NCBI RefSeq assembly: GCF_035594765.1
Contig: NC_085844.1
Span: 136,028,622-136,092,621, forward strand
Length of the DNA stretch: 64,000 bases
Reading direction: 5' to 3'
Origin: Anolis carolinensis
Taxonomy: Eukaryota
This document shows positions 25,401 through 34,700 of this stretch, in pieces. Positions within the stretch are counted from its first letter, which is position 1; each line of letters starts with the position of its first letter. The translations under genes and the position numbers were made by a program. A model generated the notes under the pieces. The model saw only the letters and a list, made by a program, of their open reading frames with translations, did no database searches and was not told the DNA's origin.

Positions 25401-26730
25401 AATTGCCATGGCTGCCTCCTGTAGAACCCTGTTGACTGTAAGTTAAAGGAAACGGGAAGAGCTTTCTGGCTGAGTTGTGAAAACCCTTACCTAAACAGAA
25501 TACACCAGGATCACATTGGATGCTGCCATAGCAATAAAAGTGGAACCACAGTGCTATTAATTGGAGTGTGAAAATGTCCCTAGTGTTCTCCACTCTCTTG
25601 CCTCTGCATCTATATATTGATACTTGATTTTAACAGATTCTTAAAGTGTTTCATTTAATGGCCCACTGTAACATTTTCCCAACTCTTGTTAATCCCAACT
25701 AGAGTAGACTGAGTTGGAGTTACCTACATGTTTACTGTTCGCTGAAACTAACAGGATTTCAGAGAATCTACTCTTATACAAAGGCTGACTAGACTGATAT
25801 ACATTGATTTGTGTTTGGGTACACACTGAAATGTATATGGTTTGTGTATGTATTATGGTCCTAAGGTCAGTATCTTATGCAGCTGTCAGGGCCACAAATA
25901 TTGTGTATCTCCACACTAAAGGAAGAGAGCCATTTGGCAGAATTGACAAGATGGACAGTTTCGTTCAGGGGGATTCAGTGCAGTTGAGCAACAAGAGAGC
26001 TATACACATGTCCTGCTAAGGAATACTAAAGGAAGGCAGGGGATTTCTTATTGTCCTTTTCATCAACTATACAGAATAGTAATAAGGTGGGATGGTTAAA
26101 ACCCACGACACCATGGCCATTCTGAAGTATGATGTTTCAACCTCACCTCCATCCTAATGTGAAGACATAAATCTTCTATGAGGTCCAAGGGTGACCGAGC
26201 ATTCTTCTCCTCAACAAATCCTGTAAAAATAGAGTATCTCATGTGTTTCCAGTGAGAAAGGTAAGTTCACTGGCTATTTTTTGAGCTAAAGCAGCAATAA
26301 CTGAGTTGGGAGGGAAAGAGTATGCCTGCCTCGAGGGGAAGAAGAATGAGCCAAAGTTCAGCATACAAGCAGCTTGTATTTGAGGTTGCTTCTTGAATAG
26401 GGTAGAGGTATTTCAAAAACACAGCAGACCCACTTGTTACAGAGGGACTGTTCAGGAATTCTTTTCCTGGCCGGCATATCAATTTTCCTGTTGGGTAGTA
26501 GAAGCCTCTTTGGATCTCTTCTATAGGTATTCCGAGCATATAAGAGTCATGTTGAAGACCAGATGGATGCCCTTGAAAAGCAATATCGAAAGCTGCTCAA
26601 GGAATCCCTCCAGGATGCCATCTCCCTCTCAGTTCAGAACCAACAACTGCGAGTTCAGAAGCAACTGGATTTCACAGACACAGCAACCCAGACAGACTTT
26701 CAAACTCTAAAGAACTATCCCATGACCTAA
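1399..26730 (+). CDS. Divergent kinesin motor-like (pseudo-kinesin) coiled-coil protein, 15 coding exons, ~557 aa
   Basis: Phase-consistent GT-AG exons: 1399-1413, 1663-1714, 3727-3812, 6931-6978, 8594-8722, 9590-9667, 9913-9995, 11406-11531, 15529-15642, 15894-16024, 18445-18659, 21020-21100, 22893-23036, 23963-24130, 26527-26730. Kinesin elements appear in the correct order (VQAAVGIR; FTINGVY; LGYSASLLVY; ISFVQIYSD..KDLL; LFTITIE; LSWILKQLLEDN; EILSAISL). Confidence 0.8.
1663..1714 (+). CDS. pseudo-kinesin exon 2 (PGKDVHVQAAVGIRRIA; beta1-like)
   Basis: tttctttcag acceptor, GCAG|gtacct donor, resembles kinesin V(K/Q)VAVRIRP. Confidence 0.65.
2124..2500 (+). mobile_element. SINE with L2-derived 3' tail
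   Basis: Ends tgtgatccgccc...gagaagggcggaatataaat(AAAT)n; the same tail recurs at ~34775-34860 and ~35100-35165. Confidence 0.6.
2941..3269 (-). mobile_element. Sauria SINE, full length
   Basis: tRNA-like head with A/B boxes, (ACCTTT)n tail, 13-bp TSD aactgtagactta (2927-2939 / 3274-3286). Confidence 0.9.
3727..3812 (+). CDS. pseudo-kinesin exon 3 (GSLKQESFVVVNEDSNCLIFINKAEKGVQ)
   Basis: cctcccag acceptor, CAG|gtaata donor, phase 1 to 0. Confidence 0.75.
5800..6338 (+). mobile_element. Possible solo LTR
   Basis: TATA-like at ~6103, AATAAA at ~6188, ends GTGACA; 5' end and TSD not resolved. Confidence 0.3.
6931..6978 (+). CDS. pseudo-kinesin exon 4 (EGCFTINGVYTLETGQ)
   Basis: ctctttccag acceptor, CAG|gtacac donor, matches FxFDxVF...Q. 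Confidence 0.8.
7281..7380 (-). mobile_element. CR1 LINE 3' end
   Basis: (ATCATAGA)n tail followed by gagttggaagagacctcatgggccatccagtcc. Confidence 0.8.
8594..8722 (+). CDS. pseudo-kinesin exon 5 (degenerate P-loop exon)
   Basis: DKLFLEQLQPLMAMVSLGYSASLLVYDTHHCGVQAQIQYLVQK; AAG|gtaaga donor. Confidence 0.85.
9590..9667 (+). CDS. pseudo-kinesin exon 6 (VIEYVFQESSSPPNNSQFLKTISFVQ)
   Basis: cattag acceptor, CAG|gtaagc donor. Confidence 0.85.
9913..9995 (+). CDS. pseudo-kinesin exon 7 (IYSDGQAKDLLHPENPALQVMDLPPLGL)
   Basis: matches kinesin IYNE..RDLL; CT|gtaagc donor. Confidence 0.85.
10520..10842. mobile_element. Tc1/pogo (Tigger-like) MITE, complete
   Basis: TIRs CAGTAGAGTCTC(G/A)CTTATCCAA, TA TSD. 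Confidence 0.9.
11406..11531 (+). CDS. pseudo-kinesin exon 8 (VVKEATEIVVTDSQAA...QKSHNT)
   Basis: ctctctttag acceptor, AT|gtaagg donor, matches V.GLTE..V.S. Confidence 0.85.
11796..12085. mobile_element. hAT-type MITE nested in a palindromic MITE (11739-12165)
   Basis: TIRs CAGGCATGTAGC / GCTACGGGCCTG, perfect 8-bp TSD gcagtgta. Confidence 0.85.
14158..14738. mobile_element. hAT-type MITE containing a Sauria SINE
   Basis: 15-bp TIR cagtgtggtccaacc, 8-bp TSD ctttagaa/ctttagag. Confidence 0.8.
14285..14614 (+). mobile_element. Sauria SINE, full length
   Basis: A box TGGCGAAGTG, B box GGTTCAAACCC, 15-bp TSD tattttaattatgta (14268-14282 / 14615-14629). Confidence 0.9.
15529..15642 (+). CDS. 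pseudo-kinesin exon 9 (ILFTITIETK...VRIFEFLGGNEQ; degenerate switch II)
   Basis: matches AIFTI.VE ... L.LVDLAGSE; CC|gtgagt donor. Confidence 0.85.
15894..16024 (+). CDS. pseudo-kinesin exon 10 (...PEAGFLSWILKQLLEDNTLTFLLLCLTLP)
   Basis: matches SKLTRLLQDSLGGNSKT.MI.CISP; canonical splice sites. Confidence 0.8.
16760..17145 (-). mobile_element. L2 LINE fragment
   Basis: Degenerate L2 ORF2 C-terminus (CNALYVGL...QLVQRTAARLLT...HW). Confidence 0.7.
18445..18659 (+). CDS. pseudo-kinesin exon 11 (alpha6, neck linker, neck coil)
   Basis: EILSAISLTEQVRTVTKRVAPTHWDP then AQKRREAIGELRAQL; CAG|gtaata donor. Confidence 0.85.
19060..19455. mobile_element. hAT-type MITE
   Basis: TIRs cagtggttcccaacc / ggttggaaaccactg. 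Confidence 0.7.
20695..20940 (+). mobile_element. Degenerate tRNA-derived (Sauria-like) SINE
   Basis: gtggcgcaatgggttaaac head; tctgtagacggcca core. Confidence 0.6.
21020..21100 (+). CDS. pseudo-kinesin exon 12 (VLKSQNWEKKKKSANEIKEKDTSFIAK)
   Basis: ttttcaag acceptor; the donor AAA|gtacat is weaker, so the 3' end is less certain. Confidence 0.65.
22596..22850. mobile_element. Tc1/pogo MITE, internally deleted
   Basis: Same TIRs as 10520-10842. Confidence 0.85.
22893..23036 (+). CDS. pseudo-kinesin exon 13 (coiled coil)
   Basis: long pyrimidine tract, AAG|gtgaga donor, FSLAKTKKQNLQKQHQILIQQELSSMEKELE. Confidence 0.8.
23963..24130 (+). CDS. pseudo-kinesin exon 14 (coiled coil)
   Basis: LYMEALQKEQEEAEKDLEKLYQEYQHEAKAQKQHFLQ; CAG|gtcagc donor. 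Confidence 0.8.
24750..25166. mobile_element. Tigger-like MITE
   Basis: TA-caggcagtcccc ... ggagactgccta-TA termini. Confidence 0.65.
26527..26730 (+). CDS. pseudo-kinesin terminal exon (coiled coil plus DTATQTD, TAA)
   Basis: ctctatag acceptor; VFRAYKSHVEDQMDALEKQYRKLLKESLQDAISLSVQNQQLRVQKQLDFTDTATQTDFQTLKNYPMT*. Confidence 0.85.
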   Translation, partial: VFRAYKSHVEDQMDALEKQYRKLLKESLQDAISLSVQNQQLRVQKQLDFTDTATQTDFQTLKNYPMT

Positions 26731-28089
26731 AAGTTTGTATCTGTGCTTTTATTTTTCAGACTCTTTGGAATTAATTTAGCAACTAAGTTCTTGCTCACAC
26801 ACGATCAGGAAAAACCAATTTTTGCTCTCTGCAGCTATTTCAATTCTACACAAGCCGAAAATGATTACGCTTGGATCTATGTCATGGCAGATCCTTATTC
26901 CAGGATGATCCTGCAGTTCCAACCCTTGGAATACTGCCACTCACTAAGCCTTTCCCCTCATTTAACCCTATCCTGGGCTATGTATATTATCCTCTAGGAA
27001 ACTCTTTATACGTGGCTGTGTTGTTATAGTGGGTTCCATGTGGTTAGCATGACCAGGCTCCACGACACTTATACAAACAGGAAGAGACAGTGGAAAAAAA
27101 CTTAACAAGTGGAAGTTCATTGAGACACATAATATATTAACCCTTGAACTCTTCGTTAATCACAGCTTCCTAAAACTATAGCCAGCTCTCCCTCCCCGAT
27201 TTTTATTACAGCTTTTCTGTCAAATCCAAACCGTTATCAAATCACATTGCCTTTATTTTTGCTCATTTGTCTTTTTAGCAGTCATGACACAAATAGAATT
27301 CTCCTCCAGCACATTTCAAATGAGTCATTTCACCACCCTGTCACCTTTATTCACTGTCCAACTTTCAGAGGCAGTACTTTGGCACAGGTGATTCTGATTT
27401 TGGAATTTAATGATAGATATATTCATAAATTTGGTGATCTAATCCAGTTCTTTCATTGTGGGTTTTCTGTGTCTTAGACTCAATTATTACAGACTAAGAA
27501 ATCTAATTATTCCAGTGTATTTTAACCTATTTTGGTTATATGAATCACTTGTCATTATTTTCATCTTCTGAATATTCAGCTGCAACTTTTCATATTTTCT
27601 TCTTTAACTTTCATGAGCAAGAATGCAGAAGTACCCACTGACATTAAGAAACGTAGAAAAGGATGGTAGATTTCTTCTGAATTATATTAACAATGTCAAC
27701 TCCAGAACGGTGCGACTCTCTTCATATGCAGAAATCATTTTGATATTTCATTGCATGGTCAATGTTTTAATTTTTTGTTGCAAAAAAATGAACAGACAAT
27801 ACAAAAAGTAAAAACAACCCTGGAAATATTTTAATATTATTCTATATCAGACATTGTTTGATGCATAGCATTGATACTAATTGTACCTGAGTGAATACAA
27901 TTAATCACTGGTTCTTCAAAATGTTAAAATGATGGGCAAGATAGCACACACATCCCAGAACACCCTCCAAAGAATGCTAAGGTCGAACTGCAACCAGGAA
28001 TCCTGTATATACACAACTTTAATTCAGAGCTACTAATCAGTTCCCCTCCCTCCTGTTGTTCCCAACATTGTTACTGGAGTATAAGAGGT

Positions 28090-28220
28090 TGAGTGATGCC
28101 TGCCATAGATGTGAGAGAAACGTCAGGAGAGAATACTTCTAGAACATGGCCAATACATACATACGGAAAACATACAACAACCCTGTGATCCCGGCCATGA
28201 AAGCCTTCGACAACACATTA
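28090..28220 (+). mobile_element. Penelope-like element fragment
   Basis: Homologous to the arms of 35322-35925. Confidence 0.65.
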
Positions 28221-29224
28221 ATCTTATTTTGTAAAATTTGTCTACAAATTTGTACCATTTGACAACAAGAACATTTCTAATCACTTCAGTACAGGCATAC
28301 CTCAGAGTAAACAAACACTGAGTAAATAAACAGTGAAACTACTTTTTCAAAGATATTTTAATGCCTGCTAGACCCTTGTGTCTCCTCTTCCTCCTGTCTA
28401 GCAAGGTGTTGGTTTTTTTTTTAAGCCTTGACATTGGGAGGATGGTAAAAAAAAACTGCTAGAAAGACAGGCTTTCATCATTGGGTACTAGCAGTGTGCT
28501 TAAACTGCAGTAAACAATGCAATAGACAAAGCTTGACCTTAACAAACAGTGGGAATCTTCTCTAGCAAATTCCACTGGTGCCTTGTGTGCCAACCTAAAT
28601 ATAGACTGCCTCCAGAATTCCTTACTGGGCATGCATGAATAGCCAGACAAAATAAAAATACAACAAATCAACCATCCCAAAATATTATAAAAGCACAGAT
28701 ATATATTTGGCTACCAAAATGGAAATAAGTAAACTGGAGGCTGGTGAAAGAAAAAGCCATCCTTGGACCTATTTCGGGGAAAAGCTGAAAGTGTTCTCTA
28801 ACAGGTAGAAAATTTTGTAGGTAAATGCAAGGCTTACATGACCTGTAGGTTTCAGTTCATGTATGCATGCATATTGTTAGTTTTGAATACAAAGATTCCT
28901 TGTGGTAAGGGAAACTCCTGGCAAAACATATGAAATCCTCAATCTATTTATTCCGTCTATCCTGATGACTAAAATATATTGGGTTTCCACTTTGATGGTG
29001 CCTTTTATTATGACAAGGTCATGCCTAAGGGATGTGCTAGGTTGTGCTATACTTCTGAGCAATTTAACACATTTCTTAAATGATGTATTATGAAAATGTC
29101 CAGAAATCTGTGACAACTCACTACCTCAATCACCTCTTGTTTAAAAATTTCCACTGAAGAAGTAATGAAGTAGAACTCATCTACTATATTAACTGAGGTA
29201 TGCCTGTATTTCCTCCAATTTGTA

Positions 29225-29343
29225 AAATCATAATGTGATTTAACGTTTAATAGGCTTTTCCTTAATCCCTCCTTATTATCCAGCATTTTCACTTATCCAA
29301 CATTCTGCCGGCCCGTTTATGTTGTATAAGTGAGACTCTACTG
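29225..29343. mobile_element. Tc1/pogo MITE, partial
   Basis: TIR ataagtgagactctactg+TA. Confidence 0.75.
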
Positions 29344-30239
29344 TACCTCCAAAAATCAGAAGTCCAGTTCAGATAAAAACAAATTTCCATTGCATGCATA
29401 AGTTGAAAAAAAAGCAAACAAAATATGGTGCACTGCTTATTCAGGAAAAAACCTCAAATTCAGATGCAAGATGAAAGGGAAAAGTGAGTCATATTAGACA
29501 AAGTTTTTCAGAAGGAAAGAACAAAACCTTAGGAACATCTGGTTGCAATTTTTTGAAGGATTTTTTAAAAAGACGTTCACCTCTTGTCATTTAGTGTCTG
29601 GGAGCTGTGGCTTCTTTCAGGAACAAATAGTACAGAAAAGCCAAAAGACAATCTATAAAAGGCACTTTATCAACTTTGACATTTATCAGATAACTAGACT
29701 GGAAGCCCTGTGGGAAAGAGCATGACAAAAGCCATACATCTGCCTTACAGAGAATGGATAACAGGTAATCCTGTTCAGATAGCCCACTTTCCGAATAAAA
29801 ACTGAGTGGTTAAAAAAGTTACAAATAAACAGAGATGAAAGCTTGGGAGATAATGATTCTACTGTCGTCCATTGAGAAAGCACTCCCTTTTGGAGACTCA
29901 TCATTAGGTAGGCAGTATATCGCAAGGAAGTGGGAGGTTATCAAATAGGACTCTGCCATTCTGTTATTATTGTAACAGATTGTGCAAAATATTCAACAGC
30001 AAAAGCAATCTTCATTGTATAGGGTGAAACAAGGTATACATACATAGATAGATCATACCAGAAATGCAGAATGCAAGCGTTTATCTCCAATTGTCTATCC
30101 TTCCTTACTGTCAAAATTAGGCTATTCCCAAGCAATTGAGATGTGATTTTCGGAAGATCCATAATACTTTCATTCTTTACACTTTTTCAATAATACATCT
30201 TGGGCTGAGGGTGGCTTCCACAAGATATAAGCATCAAAG

Positions 30240-31214
30240 CTATTTGACCCCATAGTACAAGTAAACAGCTAAGCCTATCAATAGTACAGAAAGGAAAAAA
30301 AAGGCAGTGAGGTGGAGGCTAAAAAGGAGGACTGAGAGCAAAGCATTAACCATAATGGAACAGGAGATCACAAAAAGTCGAGTGATATTAGTACTATGCT
30401 TCATGACCACAGACATTATCAAACCATTCAAGGCTTGGCTTATAATAACTAACAGTATCCAAAATGAAAAACCTTCTAGAAACCCAGCTACTGAGCTGCT
30501 TGCCAGGTGGATAATCACATTCAACACAACACCAAAAATATAAAGGAACAAATTTTGAAGGTTAAGAGGCAGGTCTTGGGTCTTCAAAACAACTTCGGTA
30601 TAGACCGCAGAGAGGCCTGAAATCAGGCAATAAAGCAAGATCAGCAGCAGGCCAATGGGGGTAATGTGCAGCTGCATGTCAGAGGCAGGCATGTGCTCTA
30701 GGTCCTGCAGGCCTCCATATGTGTAGAATGCTCCAGCAGCTGTCAGCAGGCCAAGGGCTAGCCACTTGCGTAGAGTCAGTCTTTGGTGCAAGAAAAAACT
30801 GAAAAGAAGGGCAGTGCTTCCAATTTTCAAGTTGCTTAGTACTTGAAACGTACTAGGATCCATAAACACCTGTAAATGAACCACTAAGTTGTTGTTGGCT
30901 GCATACAGCAAAGCCGAGAGAGCAAAAGGTGCAGCATGATACCATGATACGGAGATCCTTAGTTGTTTCCAGTCCCAGATGAGCAAGAAAAATAAGGAAA
31001 GCGCTAGCTTTGTTAACTCAATCAAAACCACCACAGAAGAGGCACTGAATGGGATCTGGCCATTTTCTTTACAGAGAGTCAAGAGTGGAGCATGGGAACC
31101 ATATATCACAACAGACAGAATCAGCATCAGTCCCCACAGGACCTTCTCAGGTAACAGAGCACCAGCAAGGCTCACCAAGCGGCCAATAGTACAATAACCT
31201 CTGTCCAACAGCAT
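30240..31214 (-). CDS. SLC35A4: Probable nucleotide-sugar transporter SLC35A4, main ORF, 324 aa, single exon
   Basis: Multi-pass NST-family protein (YGSHAPLL, ELTKL, PFALSALLYAANNNL, QVLSNLKIGST, SVVMKH). The first in-frame ATG is at 31214; the ORF track's 31235 start is a TTG. Lies next to APBB3 as in mammals. Confidence 0.95.
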   Translation of the reverse strand: MLLDRGYCTIGRLVSLAGALLPEKVLWGLMLILSVVIYGSHAPLLTLCKENGQIPFSASSVVVLIELTKLALSLFFLLIWDWKQLRISVSWYHAAPFALSALLYAANNNLVVHLQVFMDPSTFQVLSNLKIGSTALLFSFFLHQRLTLRKWLALGLLTAAGAFYTYGGLQDLEHMPASDMQLHITPIGLLLILLYCLISGLSAVYTEVVLKTQDLPLNLQNLFLYIFGVVLNVIIHLASSSVAGFLEGFSFWILLVIISQALNGLIMSVVMKHSTNITRLFVISCSIMVNALLSVLLFSLHLTAFFFLSVLLIGLAVYLYYGVK

Positions 31215-31799
31215 TGCTGTGATGAGGAGAGGCAAGTAGAAAGGTCAATCTATAACCTTTTAGAGAAGAAAATACAAATGTTGACCTTTTAACATCATCT
31301 TCATGGAAACAAGTTTATGACATGTTTAATGAGTAAAATCAGCAAAAGAGTAACTGATGGTGAGATGCACATGTCAGTTAAATATTTATGCATGATTGAA
31401 GGGAAAGGGATATTTCAAATATGAACAAACCAAAGCAGCGGTATTTGATAGGTTCTAGTCTTAAGCACAAAAGCATAATGGCCTAACCACTGTCCTTAAT
31501 ACCATAAGAATGATAAATATATCAGAGAAAAAGAAACACAGCTGTTCAAGCAAATATACTAAAAGTATCCAAGTCCCAGCATGGCTGAAAAAGGAACCAT
31601 AGCTTTCATGATATAATGAAATGAGAATAATTGCAATCAGACCAGCTGAAATGTCACACTCCTCCGTTATATCCACTTTCCTAGCAAATATGAACAGGGA
31701 GCCAAACATTTAAGACCAAGATAGACTTGCATTAGTTGACAAATTCTAAGATGAGAAGCAGTATTCCCTGGAGTGTATCACTGCATGGGGAGTCCACTT

Positions 31800-34700
31800 T
31801 TAATCTGGTCCTTTCCTAAATGAGTTGAAGTAGTCCTTGATAGTCTTTTCCACATTAGGGACAGCATAAGTTTGAGCAGCGTACACGCCAGTACAAGTTC
31901 CCACGAAAAATCCCAGAACTGCTGAAGATCGGAGCTTGGCTACAACATACCCAGCAAGGAACCCTTTGAGGAATGGAGATGCCAGCAAAGAACCTTCCTG
32001 CAGAAGGAAACAAATAATAGGCCAATGACATCTAAACACAACAAAAAATCAAACTAGGACAAGATTCTGTTGTTCACTGTTTGTTATAAATAGTTATAAT
32101 CAATTCAAGGATGGGGGGCACATACACATTTTCTATACTTCTACATGGGGAATAACATATAAAACACAGTATTTTTTACTCTATCAAGTTACTGGGGTGG
32201 ACATTTCAAACTTTATTGCCTTTTGGGAGATAAAGTTGAAATATATAATTAAGCAGTTCCACTTTTACCTGTCCAACACCAGCCTGCACTTCATTTTCTA
32301 CTCTTTGTTTCAAGTTTTCCAACTGATCTTTCAAAAAAGCAAGATCTTTCAGCTTCGGTACAGAGTCCTATATATTGGAAACAAGCACAGCATTAATCCT
32401 TATTACATGTATTTTAATATTGTTGTTTTATAAAGCAAAGACCAAAAGAAGGGTACCCAGTAATTCTAACTGTGTGCCTAATATTGTAAGCCATTGTGTC
32501 GCTTTTTGCATTTTTGACTGCCTAAACATGTTTATGAGAGCTTACCACAAATTGCATACGCCCTTATAACACAATTTACCACGATGTAGTTCATGTATGG
32601 GAAACTGAGTCTACTAGTCACTAATCTATTTGCACTTTACATTTAGACTTCAATTGAATTTCTTCTGCAAGTTTGAGCTCAAAAGTGAAATTCAATGTTT
32701 TAAATAAAATTACTGGGTTTAGTTAACTTTTCATGAAGCTTAATGCAAAATGAATTTTAAGAATACAGAAGGTAACACTCAACCCTTTTGTTTTCATTAA
32801 ACTGTGGGTAAAATAATTAACATCAAACTATGCTACAATGGGTATATTTCCTAGTCATTTTATCAGTCACTGTTATGGTCGTCAGCAAATATATAAAAAG
32901 TTTATTTACAGATATAATATAATCTTGAAAGAAACTAACATACAGTCAATTTGAATATGTTTTGGACTGTTACAAAACTAAATATTTGGAACAAAAGTCT
33001 TATTTCACCTCCCTGTAAAACCTGGTAATGGTTACTATAGCTCAGAGCTATACAAGCAGAGGCAAATCATCCAGACAGTTCAGGTTTGGTTTTGTTTTTT
33101 AAACTTTTTTTTAACTTAACCCGTTTCTATCCTATCTTACCAACTTATAGATATTGAAAAAGCAATTTCCAGAAGTAAAATGTCTAACATCCTAAAACTA
33201 TAATTGTAATAGCTGAATAATATTATGCTTAGAGACACATTTCATATAGACTGGATCTACACTGTCATATAATTCAGTTTGGAACTGTGTAGATCCCGTC
33301 ATAAACAAGTGGAAAAAGTATCCTCGAAACACCCAATGAAACTGGAGTTCTGTTTAAAGGACAAGAGAGACCTAGTGGGGCAGCTTCTTGAAACAGGATT
33401 ACAGGTTGGAGATAACCCTTATCAGAAATGCTTGGGAACAGAAGCGTTTTGGATTCTTTCTGATTTTGGAATCTCTATATTTGTATGCATAATATCTTGG
33501 AAATGGGACGAAAGTCTATGGCAAATATGAATTCCGTTTACATTTTATATACATGTGGCCTTAAGGTAATTTCATACAAAAACCCATTTTTCTGGATAGA
33601 ACAAAATTTGTGTGGACTGAATCACCAGCAAGCAAAGATGACATTTTCTCTTAGTCGATTTTGGAGTATTTCAGATTTCTGAATTAGAGGTGCTCAGTAG
33701 GCCTGTGCGATCAATGAAAAAATGTTTCAATACTCATTACTAAATTAGGGCCCCCCAGAGAATTGTTTCTAAAGTGTTTCTAAAATATCGTTAGGGGTCT
33801 GTAGCATAACTATAACGAAGCAACTAATACTTTGTTACTTTTCATTAAGTAATTGCGCTGGGGTGGGGGAGGGGGGTGTCCAACCCCCTTGGGCTAGGCA
33901 AGAAAAGCAGTCAAACCACCCCCAACAGACGCCTGTCCAGCCTTTGAAATAATAACAACAGAAAACCAACGAGGTAAACTTTGGAGGTACTGCTTCTCAA
34001 CTTTGCCTACCTCACAGGGTTGATTCAACTCCCAACAATCCCTTTTTATCTCAAAATCCCTTTAGAGAACGAACATGCTGGAGGAGGAGGCAACACAAGG
34101 TGGTAAGCAGAATTCTGGGAAATGAAGTTTGCGAAGGCGAAGACTACTGTGGCAGAGAATTCAAAAGGCCCCGCCCTAAACAACCTTTCCCAGAATTCTG
34201 CTTGCTGCCTGTATTAAAGCGCTTGGGTTTTCCCTCTCCACATTGGAGAAGTTTCTTTTAAAACGCAGGTGCTGCATTGCCACCAGGTCAGCAGTACCAG
34301 AGAATTCAAAAGGTCCTGCCCTAAACTACATATCCCAGAATTATGCTCACTTCCTGTGTTAAAGCCCCAGTGTGAGTGTGGTCTCTGCCTCTGGGCCAGC
34401 CATGTGCGGAGTGGCTTCTTCCTTGCCCAGCCATCAAGCTAGGCATCCCCTGATGCCCTCTATGGGGAATAGAGCAGAGCTTCTTCCTCCACTCTAACCT
34501 CACCATCCTCCTCAGGGCCTTTTGGGGGAAACCAAACCCAGCCCTTCTGGGGGAGAAGCAGAGCTCGCAATGGAGACCTGGCGCTATTTACGAGACTTAC
34601 ATAATTCATCCAAAAGTCCTAGGCCAGAGTTTTGAATCTTAAGTTTTTTATGTGGTTAAAATATTTCTCAGTCCTTTCTGTGCAATTTTTAAATGATGTT

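Noticed and set aside
31215-31235. ORF-track N-terminal extension of SLC35A4 (331 aa)
   Set aside because: It starts at TTG; the first ATG gives 324 aa.
31998-32039. ORF-track start MFRCHWPIICFLLQ for the microprotein
   Set aside because: Intronic pyrimidine tract; the real N-terminus comes from two upstream exons.
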